A DNA stretch of 63,814 bases, filler included, from Octopus bimaculoides (Eukaryota), in assembly GCF_001194135.2 (NCBI RefSeq). It is 5 parts of 5 records of this genome, joined end to end, with 100 filler letters (N's around TTAATTAATTAA, not from the genome) between each part and the next. Parts side by side here need not be neighbours in the genome. Positions count along the whole stretch, not along the records: positions 1 to 25,323 come from NC_068985.1; 4 more parts are not named here. The stretch is one strand, 5' to 3'. This document shows positions 11,380 through 22,180 of this stretch, piece by piece (the first letter of the stretch is position 1; each line of letters begins with the position of its first letter). A program made the position numbers and the translations under genes. Under the pieces are notes generated by a model. The model saw only the letters and a list, made by a program, of their open reading frames with translations, did not search any database and was not told the DNA's origin.

Positions 11380-14300
11380 AAATTCTCTGGAGATCAAACC
11401 ATTGCAGGTGAACATACTAATGAAATTAGCAACAATCTATTGGAAATAATGTTGATGACAAGGAAAATGATTTGACAGAACTTGAAGCACAAATAATCGC
11501 TCAATGGATCAACGTTCAAACTGGATATGAAGGAAAGCAGTGACCTCACTAAAGTTTGCAATAGTAAAAAAAAATATGACAAAATAAGCTGCTTGGTGAA
11601 CACAACTCTTAAATCGATCATAAACGAAAATGAATTAGGCGTCACATCCTTGCATAAGTTACTCTGCGCTGCTGCTATAGTCGGCACCAAAATGTGTGAA
11701 TTAAAACTGAAAAATAGAGTGGCAAAATCCTCATAAAAGAACAACGTGACAAGAAAATAAATCAAGAAACAAATTGATTCTCTGCGATCTGATTTATAAA
11801 CGCTGAAAAACTGAAGTAATAATCATAATATAAAACCGTCCAAGAGAAGGATAATGAGAAAATAGAAATGAAAGTCCAGTTTGCAAAAATAATGCAGAAA
11901 ATAAGACAAAAGTTACAGGCCAAAGCTGCTCACATACAATGCTTCGAAAAATGATCCAGGTTTTTCAAGAGAAAAAAATGTTTAAAAATAACCCAAAGAA
12001 GTTCTATAGGTGCGCTGGACAGAACACTATCAAAATAGAAATTCCATCAGAGCATAGAATACTTGAATTCTGCAGTAAAGTTAGAGAAGATGAAAAGGAG
12101 TATATGTGTGATGCCCCACGATGAACAGAGAAAAACAGACCATGAGTTTATACAAGAGCAAATATGGGAAGATACCTAACTTACAAGTCCAATAAATGAA
12201 GCTCAACTGGTATAGATAAGATCCAAAACTATTGGCTTATTGTGTTTACAATCTAGCACCAAAGGCTAATTTGTCGTTACAACGTAAATATGGAGGGACC
12301 GTAAACGATCTCGGAATGATTGACCAATGATATCACCTTATCGCCCAGCCCAAACAATAAAACAATACTACAGGCCTATGATATGCTTTACAACAATGTA
12401 CACGTTTTTTACATGTGTCCTAATGGAATGCACGTATGCTTTCCTCATTAACATTTTCTGTGATGAACAAAAATGCTGTAAATGTGGGTATTACTGATGC
12501 ATGGACTAACTGTTAATTAACGAAATTATTCTTAAAGATTGTTACAAGAAAAACAGTCTCTCAGTGGCTTGGATATATTACAAGAATGCCTTCGATAATC
12601 ATTCTCAAAGCTGGATAGAGAAATGCCTAGAAATATTCAAAATTTCACCAGTAATCTCCTGATCTTGTATCTCATGCCATGAAGCTCTAGAAAACAACGT
12701 TAATTTTGAATATGGAGACTACAGATATAAACACTGGACAAGTCAATATTATTTCTGCAATCAATCAAGATTCATCATCTCATTTGTTATTCTGTTTAGC
12801 AATGTTTCCTTTAAGTAAACTCCTGAATGAAACAAATTATGGACACAGGGCGTGTATGGAAAAGCAATTAATCATCTTCTTTATATGGATGACTTGAAAC
12901 TGTTTGTTTAAATGATCAGTTGCAAGTACACCTACGTACCCAAAATAATTTAGTGATGACATCAAAATAGAATTTGGGCTTGACAAATGCACCAAACCTA
13001 GATTTGCCAAGGGAAAACTATCAAACTTATGCAACATCAACCTAGATAAAGATACCGAAAAAAAAAACAACTTATATTCTAAGAGCGGTTATAAGAATTT
13101 AGGAGTATGTGAAACACTTACTAATGATAAAAAAGATAAGGAAGGAGTACTCACGGAGAGTAAGAGGTATTTTGAAAACTAAGTTGAATAGCAGACTTAA
13201 AATTACGACTATAAACGCGCTGGCAATGTCTGTAATTATATATAGCTCCTATGTTATAAACTGTTCCATCTCCGAAATCAACAAGCTTAGTGTAAGTTAG
13301 TGGCAGTGTATCGTATGTAACACCCCCAAGTAGTCACAGACTGAGTGTACCACCCGAAAAAAAAATGGTGGTCGAGGTTTAATACAATTTAAACCCTCAT
13401 TGAAAATTACTATCATGGGACTTTCTGCCGAGGAGTAACAAGTAAATGACTAGATGTTAAAGCTGGTTCTGAAACATGAAGATACTAAAAAATGGCAGTC
13501 AGCGACGAAAGTTGCAAGAATATTCTTACAAGAAATGCAACTAAACGAATCAGTATCCGGAGAAAATGTGTCCGAAAACAAATAAAACTTAGAGAAGCAA
13601 ATCAGCCTCCAAAATACGAAGGCAAAATAAGTTAGGGAGCCTATTATAGATCAAACTCTTACTCATCAATGGCTGAGATGCTGAGGGGTATATCATTGCT
13701 ACTCTTGATCAGTCCCTGCTAACTGGAACTGATCATGAAAGCAGCCCATTGTACTGCATATGTAGGAAGTATCCAGAGACAATCAACTACAAAATATTTG
13801 GAAGCAGCCGACTGGTACTATCAGAGTACTTGTCAATATATGAGAGGGTAGCTCAGTACATATACTGGTCAATTTGCCGCACATACAAACTCCCTCGCAA
13901 CGGTAACTGGTGGGAACACAAGCTGCACCAAATTACCCAGAATGCTGGGGTTACCACACTTTGGAAATTCAATATAGGCTAACCGATCTAATATCATTGT
14001 GTAAAGTCATGTTGAAATAACTTGTCATTTGATTGATGTTGTAGGGCCAGCTGAGAAAAACGCAACTCTGAAAATGTTTGAGAAACTGATCAATTTTAAG
14101 AATCTGAAGAATTAGTAGAATGTGGCATCTTAAAGTAATACTATTTCTATTGTTATTGGGAACCTCAAATGACATCAAAAGGAGCAGACAATCATGTATA
14201 CCAAATTCTTGGTAGCCCATAATAAATGAACTGTAAAAGGTCATACTTATATTACCGCACATATTTACATAAATACATTTTCATGTATATGCAACCAATC

Positions 14301-14457
14301 TTCCTGTTTTCTTTTTATTCTCTACCTTGAAACATCGGTGTTTTCAGTTGCCAGGCAACTCATCTGTTAGCATCCTTTGAAGCAAAATCTTGTCCCTCGT
14401 CGTCTCACATTGAGACATTAGTACGTTAAAGAAAAATTAGAAAATATAATAATAATC
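11380..14457 (+). mobile_element. R4/Dong-like non-LTR retrotransposon, ~3.1 kb, heavily decayed (RT, CCHC knuckle, REL endonuclease, 3' UTR)
   Basis: FKNNPKKFYR; SVAWIYYKNAFD; LLFCLAMFPLSKLL; INHLLYMDDLKLF (YMDD at 12882-12893); IEFGLDKC; KIRKEYSRRVR; CICRKYPETINY..YWSIC..WWEHK; REL-like C-terminus. (TAA)n on both sides. Confidence 0.88.
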
Positions 14458-14895
14458 TTTTCGATTATGGGCACAAGGACTTAAATTTGGGAGAGTAGGA
14501 CAGTCGATTATATCGACCCCAGTGTTTCACTGGTATTTATTTTATCGATATTTATTTTATCGACCTCGAAAGTATGAAAATCAAAGTCGACCTCAGCGGA
14601 ATTTGAACTCAGAACATAGCGGCAGGCGAAATATCGCTAAGCATTTCGCCCAGCATGCTAATGATTCTGCCAGCTCGCAGAATAATCATTTCTACTCAAG
14701 GCAAAGGCCTGAAATTTGGTGAGAGGGGTATAATCGATTACATTGACCCCAGAGCTCTGCTGGAACTTATTTCATTGACCTCGAAAGGATGAAAATCAAA
14801 GTCGACCTCGGCGGAATTTGAGCTCAGAACGTAAAAACAGACGAAATACCGCTAAGCATATCATCCGGCATGCTAACAGTTGTACCAGCTTGCCG
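14455..14895 (-). mobile_element. Two head-to-tail SINE family A copies (14455-14685, 14690-14895)
   Basis: Each has ATCGACCCCAG, AAAGTCGACCTC(A/G)GCGGAATTTGA(A/G)CTCAGAAC and GCTAAGCAT..CC.GCATGCTAA. Confidence 0.9.
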
Positions 14896-14940
14896 TCAAA
14901 ACAACAACAACAACAACAACAACAATAATAATGATGATGG

Positions 14941-14971
<31 letters not shown>

Positions 14972-14976
14972 AATAA

Positions 14977-16612
14977 GATGGACAAGAAACAATAAATCAT
15001 ATTATCTCTGGCTGCCCAGTCCTGGCTAAGAAGGAATATATTCACAGACACGACAGAGCTGGGACCTATATACACTGGAAGCTATGCCAACACTATGGAA
15101 TAACAACAGAAAAAAGATGGTATAAACACACGCCAGAAAAGGTCACAGAAAACGAGAAAGCAACCATACTCTGGGATATGCCAATACACACAGATAGAGA
15201 AATTAAGGCAAATAGACCAGATATAGTTGTCAAATATCATGAAGAAAAAATATGCTTTCTAATTGATGTATNNNNNNNNNNNNNNNNNNNNNNNNNNNNN
15301 NNNNNNNNNNNNNNNNNNNNNNNNNNNNNNNNNNNNNNNNNNNNNNNNNNNNNNNNNNNNNNNNNNNNNNNNNNNNNNNNNNNNNNNNNNNNNNNNNNNN
15401 NNNNNNNNNNNNNNNNNNNNNNNNNNNNNNNNNNNNNNNNNNNNNNNNNNNNNNNNNNNNNNNNNNNNNNNNNNNNNNNNNNNNNNNNNNNNNNNNNNNN
15501 NNNNNNNNNNNNNNNNNNNNNNNNNNNNNNNNNNNNNNNNNNNNNNNNNNNNNNNNNNNNNNNNNNNNNNNNNNNNNNNNNNNNNNNNNNNNNNNNNNNN
15601 NNNNNNNNNNNNNNNNNNNNNNNNNNNNNNNNNNNNNNNNNNNNNNNNNNNNNNNNNNNNNNNNNNNNNNNNNNNNNNNNNNNNNNNNNNNNNNNNNNNN
15701 NNNNNNNNNNNNNNNNNNNNNNNNNNNNNNNNNNNNNNNNNNNNNNNNNNNNNNNNNNNNNNNNNNNNNNNNNNNNNNNNNNNNNNNNNNNNNNNNNNNN
15801 NNNNNNNNNNNNNNNNNNNNNNNNNNNNNNNNNNNNNNNNNNNNNNNNNNNNNNNNNNNNNNNNNNNNNNNNNNNNNNNNNNNNNNNNNNNNNNNNNNNN
15901 NNNNNNNNNNNNNNNNNNNNNNNNNNNNNNNNNNNNNNNNNNNNNNNNNNNNNNNNNNNNNNNNNNNNNNNNNNNNNNNNNNNNNNNNNNNNNNNNNNNN
16001 NNNNNNNNNNNNNNNNNNNNNNNNNNNNNNNNNNNNNNNNNNNNNNNNNNNNNNNNNNNNNNNNNNNNNNNNNNNNNNNNNNNNNNNNNNNNNNNNNNNN
16101 NNNNNNNNNNNNNNNNNNNNNNNNNNNNNNNNNNNNNNNNNNNNNNNNNNNNNNNNNNNNNNNNNNNNNNNNNNNNNNNNNNNNNNNNNNNNNNNNNNNN
16201 NNNNNNNNNNNNNNNNNNNNNNNNNNNNNNNNNNNNNNNTCAATACCAGCAGATGACAACGTTTCTCTAAAAGAAATGGAAAAACTTTCAAAATACAAAG
16301 ACCTGGAAATAGAGATAACTCGAATGTGGAATCTAAAAACAGAAACAATTCCTATCATAGTAGGTGCCTTAGGTATAATAAAAAAATATTCAGACAAATA
16401 CATAACAAAAACACCAGGACTTACAAATATATATAACATACAGAAAATTGCACTACTGGGTACTTCACACATTCTACGCAAAACACTTTCAATACAGTAA
16501 ACATAAGAGCACCACAGCAAACCACAGCACATACCCAAGGCGCACAGAGCTGCGCTCGGTAGTGAAGTGAAAGCACGTTATAAAAATAAAACTACTGAAT
16601 AATAATAATAAT
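14977..16612 (+). mobile_element. Young 5'-truncated R4/Dong-like copy (CCHC end, REL endonuclease, 3' UTR, (AAT)n tail), split by an N gap
   Basis: ETINHIISGCPVLAKKEYIHRHD..HWKLC..ILWDMPIHTDREIKANRPDIVV..LIDV|SIP..KLSKYKDLEIE..GALG..ILRKTL*. RHD, PD and D-x-K motifs of REL endonucleases; reading frame open on both sides of the gap. Confidence 0.92.
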
Positions 16613-16614
16613 AT

Positions 16615-17250
16615 TTGAGTATATTCAGTATAGCAGACAACAGAAGAGAATTAATTAGCTGTAGCATGAAAAAATAGAAAGTAGATCTCTACTCATACTA
16701 CACACACTTAGGGGAAGTTAATATCAAAAGAAGAATTTTCCACCGTTGTCCCCTTTAATATTTGTCTTTTGTTTGTTCCCCCTCAATTTAGTATTAAGAA
16801 AGGCAAGGTCAGCGTATCAGATCAGAAATAGTAATGAAAAAAATAATCATTTGCTCTACATAGATAATTTGAAGCTTTTTACTAAAAATGAAAAAAAGTG
16901 ATAGATTTCTTTTTACAGACTGTAAGCCTCTTCAACGAAGATATAGACATGGAATTTGGAATAGATAAGTGAGCAATATTAGTCATGAGAAGGAGACAGG
17001 TGGTCAAGAGCGAAAGCATTCAATTATCGGGTGGTCAGACATTAAAATCATTGAAAGGAGGAGAGAGTTATAAGTATCTAGGAGCATTAGAATCTGACAG
17101 AGTACTAACGACAGAAATAGAAACGAAAATTGAGAAGGAGTACATCAGAAGGCTTAGGAAGCTAATGACGTCAAAGCTAAATGGCCCGAATCTAGTAAAG
17201 GGTGTAAATACTCGGGTAGTGTCATTACTTAGATACTCAGCAGCTTTAAT
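16615..17250 (+). mobile_element. R4/Dong-like RT fragment (different subfamily)
   Basis: LGEVNIKRRIF; NHLLYIDNLKLFTKNE; MEFGIDK; YKYLGALE; KEYIRRLRKLMTSKLNGPN..LLRYSA. Confidence 0.85.
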
Positions 17251-17389
17251 TATTATTATTATCATTATTATTCAGGTCACAGCCTGGAATCAAACTCGGA
17301 ATCTTGTGGTTAGTAGCCCGCTCTTAAAAGGACAAATATCCGTCAAATGTAAATAATGTGCATAATTCCTCATCTCTTAAATATAGAAC

Positions 17390-17390
<1 letters not shown>
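17249..17390 (-). mobile_element. SINE family F remnant: tRNA head (minus, 17270-17327) abutting an inverted 3' tail (17329-17390)
   Basis: Head AAGAGCGGGCTACTAACCACAAGATTCCGAGTTTGATTCC. Tail AGGACAAATATCCGTCAAATGTAAATAATG..CATAATTCCTCATCTCTTAAATATAGAACT is in the opposite orientation. Confidence 0.8.
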
Positions 17391-17457
<67 letters not shown>

Positions 17458-17459
<2 letters not shown>

Positions 17460-17971
17460 GCCCTGATGGAGTACCAGGCAGTGGCTCTCATGGCTTCTGA
17501 CCTTAATTGATCGGAAATGTACATTGTTTTGTCTTGGTATAAAAGATGGCCTACAGCAAATATTCTGCTTAATGCCACAGCTTTGCTTGTCAGTCGTTTG
17601 ACCTTAACCAGTTGAGCATGTCCCTTGGTGGCTGACGATATGTGCATATCTGATCATGAGCAGAGGAATTCTTTGGGGTCTGTATAATTCACCTTTGGAA
17701 ACATGGGTGTTTTGCTCAACACCCTTAAACAAACCTTATTCAGCGACCTTTTGAGCGGGATGGGCAACTCGACCTGAAGATTATTCTAACTGGGCCCCAC
17801 CTGCAAGGTCATGCGCTGTTTATCTTGATATGAGATCACCATGTCGCGCACATATGGTTGTGATGCATGTGCCTGGTGTACCCTTATCAGACAGGTAGTC
17901 ATGATGGGTATATTGGGCTTCGCATATTTTACCCCAGTGTCACTTTGATGGCATGCACTGCTCTCTCACTC
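17458..17971 (+). mobile_element. Non-coding ~515-bp repeat (family G) embedded in (TAA)n
   Basis: Second diverged copy in opposite orientation at 40354-40835; (TAA)n on both flanks. Confidence 0.75.
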
Positions 17972-18009
17972 AATAATAATAATATTAATAATAATAATAA
18001 TAATGATTT

Positions 18010-18289
<280 letters not shown>

Positions 18290-18579
18290 CGCTTTACAGA
18301 CACACATATACATTTAGAATAGCAACTATTTCATTCTTCACGTGATCATTTCTGACTGTCTTCCGATGTTTGCATAAAATGATTTATCGTACATCATGTA
18401 TACAGAACCAGCCTCTGAAAGGTTATGTGGATCTGAACGTAAGGAAACGCCATTATAATGACATGCAGTTAGAATACACTAGCTGCGTACACTTGAGCAA
18501 GATAAAGTTTTATCTCTGAAAGATATTCCTATTTGTTTAACTGTATATCGTTAACAAGAACAACAGCGGCAAACAACAA

Positions 18580-18632
18580 TTACAAGAAGAAGAAGAAGAA
18601 GAAGAAGAAGAAGAACAACAACAACAACAACA

Positions 18633-18664
<32 letters not shown>

Positions 18665-18672
18665 AACAACAA
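18580..18672. repeat. Compound triplet tract (AAG)n-(AAC)n-(TAC)n-(AAC)n
   Basis: Direct reading. Confidence 0.97.
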
Positions 18673-19191
18673 AAATGGGCGAATTTTATTTCTTAACAGG
18701 AACATAATGAACGAATAGTGTTGATACTGTTTTTTGTTTTGCTTTGCTTCGTACTCACAAGTTATTTTCATTGTATATCTGGATCAAACCATTGGAGATT
18801 TTTGATTTTCGTCTTCCAAAAGTGACATCAACCTTATTGCACTCTGTAAAGATCTGATTATAAAATAGCAGATATGTAAAAGTGGTAGTAGAGATATCTG
18901 TTTACAGATATTTGGTTTATTTCAGCTTATAGGCCAAACAAGATTTCTTCATCGGTAATAAAAGGAAGAAAATGTCCTAACAAAATGAATTTATCTATAT
19001 TTAAATACATGAATACGTAACATTCACAAACTTCGTCAATGATTTCGATAAGACTTAGATCGTCCTGAGTGTTTGTTTTCGTTAGCGCTGCTTCTAAATC
19101 TGGTTTTATTACTTATGCCAACGTCTTAGAGGAAACAATGGAATATACACTCACTCACTTACTTACTGACTCACTCACTTACTCACTCACT

Positions 19192-19343
<152 letters not shown>

Positions 19344-19536
19344 TACACTCCTTTGGCTTGTTTCAATTACTCGAGTGTAGACATGCTGGAGCAGCGTTTT
19401 TAAGAATTTAGCCCAACAAATCGACCCTAGTACATATCTTTAAAGTCTGGAACTTATTATATCAGCCTCTTCTGCCGAAACTAAAACTCAAACACAAAAG
19501 CACACAAATACAAGATAGAAACTGTGTGGAAGTCTG

Positions 19537-20305
19537 TCATATATATATACATATACATATATATACAAATAGAAGATGGAAACAAAGTCTCCAGAGAAAT
19601 CGCGACAGGGAAGTATAGTTTTCTCTGTCCCTGAATCTAAATGAATGCAAGTGCCGGTAGTACCTTCCCTTGAAGTCATTGGCTGTCATTCCCGTATACT
19701 GCCTAGTAATGCCATAGGATGTTGTAAAGGCGACTCTGTATACTACAAACTGCGAAAGGCAAGATCCTCCTAGAGAGCAGGTAGTAAGGTTTCGGAAGTA
19801 GCAGGTTGGGGTTGCGGATTGTGTTGGTGCGTCTTTATATTTGTTGATGCGTGTGATGTTAGATGCGATGTTATCTAAGCAGGAGTAGCTTACCTTGACA
19901 TTTTGGGGGTTTGAAGAGTTTGTAGTACTTTTGACCACTGAGGAAATGCATCTTTACTAATAGCAGGGGGCCCACTGGCTATGTTGGTAGAAACTTCTAG
20001 ATTAAAGGGAGGGATACACCAGATAATTTTCCTTTTCCTAATTCTCTTGGGGTGAAGAGAAGGGATTTGTGGATCGTCCACAAACATGAGTTTCTCAGAA
20101 AATCTGCTCCTAGCCAGAGCATAGCTGTAGTGGGGGCAGCCCTGTTAAAGATCACCCTGTTGATTGAGAGTTTAGACACCCGTTTGCTAATGCCTGAAAC
20201 CAGAATTCTAATTAAAGCGGGGGTGGCAAGGTTCCAGCACTTCTGGATGTATACCGTTTCTTCATTAGGCTTCCTGTAGTCGAGGTATTTTCCCGCGTTC
20301 AGGTC
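19537..20305 (-). mobile_element. Penelope-like element fragment: RT C-terminus plus GIY-YIG endonuclease, frameshifted
   Basis: LNAGKYLDYRKPNEETVYI..ISKRVSKLS..IFNRAAP; RKRKIIWCIPPFNLEVSTNI; VKVSYSCLDNI; CYFRNLTTCSLGGSCL..VVYR..YTGMTANDFKGRYYRHLHSF..TSLSRFLWRL. Confidence 0.88.
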
Positions 20306-20315
20306 ATCAATGATG

Positions 20316-20379
<64 letters not shown>

Positions 20380-20388
20380 TGATGATGG

Positions 20389-20434
<46 letters not shown>

Positions 20435-20435
20435 A
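20306..20435. repeat. (TAA)n-(TGA)n compound tract
   Basis: Direct reading; source of the poly-His, poly-Tyr and poly-Ile ORFs. Confidence 0.97.
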
Positions 20436-21513
20436 AAAATAATAACGCTGAAGTGAAGACCAAGTATATAGTGCTTGTGGTTTATTGGCAAAAATATGAC
20501 CATCCCCAAATACAACAGTGCATACACAAATACACACACACACACGCACACACATCACACATACAAATACATGAGACGCACATTACTCCATAAAATGCAC
20601 GCACTAGGTTACTTATAGGCATACACGTACTCGCTCCCATACGCTCGCACAGGCCCACATAATTTCGAGCTCGCCCAAACATGCATTTGCACGTGCTCTC
20701 CCTATTCACATATACACACTCAGACACATCATTCTCACTTACGCACAAGGGCTTGTGCACCCTATTTCAGCCGGGTCACTGTTATTATCTCCCATTCACT
20801 CGGCCTCTTTCGGTCATTTCATCATATTTAACTATTAACCCTTACAAATGTTTTCTCTCTCCATTTCTTTTCGTNNNNNNNNNNNNNNNNNNNNNNNNNN
20901 NNNNNNNNNNNNNNNNNNNNNNNNNNNNNNNNNNNNNNNNNNNNNNNNNNNNNNNNNNNNNNNNNNNNNNNNNNNNNNNNNNNNNNNNNNNNNNNNNNNN
21001 NNNNNNNNNNNNNNNNNNNNNNNNNNNNNNNNNNNNNNNNNNNNNNNNNNNNNNNNNNNNNNNNNNNNNNNNNNNNNNNNNNNNNNNNNNNNNNNNNNNN
21101 NNNNNNNNNNNNNNNNNNNNNNNNNNNNNNNNNNNNNNNNNNNNNNNNNNNNNNNNNNNNNNNNNNNNNNNNNNNNNNNNNNNNNNNNNNNNNNNNNNNN
21201 NNNNNNNNNNNNNNNNNNNNNNNNNNNNNNNNNNNNNNNNNNNNNNNNNNNNNNNNNNNNNNNNNNNNNNNNNNNNNNNNNNNNNNNNNNNNNNNNNNNN
21301 NNNNNNNNNNNNNNNNNNNNNNNNNNNNNNNNNNNNNNNNNNNNNNNNNNNNNNNNNNNNNNNNNNNNNNNNNNNNNNNNNNNNNNNNNNNNNNNNNNNN
21401 NNNNNNNNNNNNNNNNNNNNNNNNNNNNNNNNNNNNNNNNNNNNNNNNNNNNNNNNNNNNNNNNNNNNNNNNNNNNNNNNNNNNNNNNNNNNNNNNNNNN
21501 NNNNNNNNNNNNN

Positions 21514-21548
<35 letters not shown>

Positions 21549-22116
21549 CATATTTGTGCATGCATGTCTATGTGTTTGTGCGTGTATCTGTGTGCTTGTG
21601 CGTATGCGTGTGTGTTTATGTATGTGTGCGCGTGCGCGCGTGCATGTGCGGTATTGCCGTTCTTATAAGCTTTTTTCTTCTAGCCACAAAGTAGAGCTTT
21701 TCAATGTTTCTATAATGTTATAACATATGCGTGATGTATGTTTTAAAGTTATTGAAAATCCAGTGTTTATGCTGGATTTTTTATTCCATTTTGTGTTTAA
21801 ATATTCTAACAGTTACTTTGTTTATAACAAGCTTGTTTCGTAGTTTTTCTCGAAACCTATCGATTTTGAAGTTTATTTGATTTACTAATTATTGTTTCTA
21901 GTGAAATCGATTTTCTTGGATTTGGAATTCAATCTCGAAAACATTTAACAAAATATTAAAAAATGATTGTAAATTAAGCGTCGGCATAGGGATTGATCAA
22001 CGCATTTGTCAAAGTAGTAAGGCAAAAGGAAAATAGAAAAAGAAAAACCTAAATATTTTCTGTATGTATAAAGTAAAAAAATAATAATGATAACAACAAC
22101 AACAACAAGAGAAAGG

Positions 22117-22180
22117 AAGAAGAAGAAGAAGAAGAAGAAGAAGAAGAAGAAGAAGAAGAAGAAGAAGAAGAAGAAGAAGA
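22117..22180. repeat. (GAA)n/(TTC)n tract at the 3' end of the Tx1-like element
   Basis: About 21 perfect units. Confidence 0.97.

Noticed and set aside
17755-17815. Possible HDV-like ribozyme in family G
   Set aside because: P1 only 5 bp, and no proper L3/P1.1 or catalytic C junction could be assigned.
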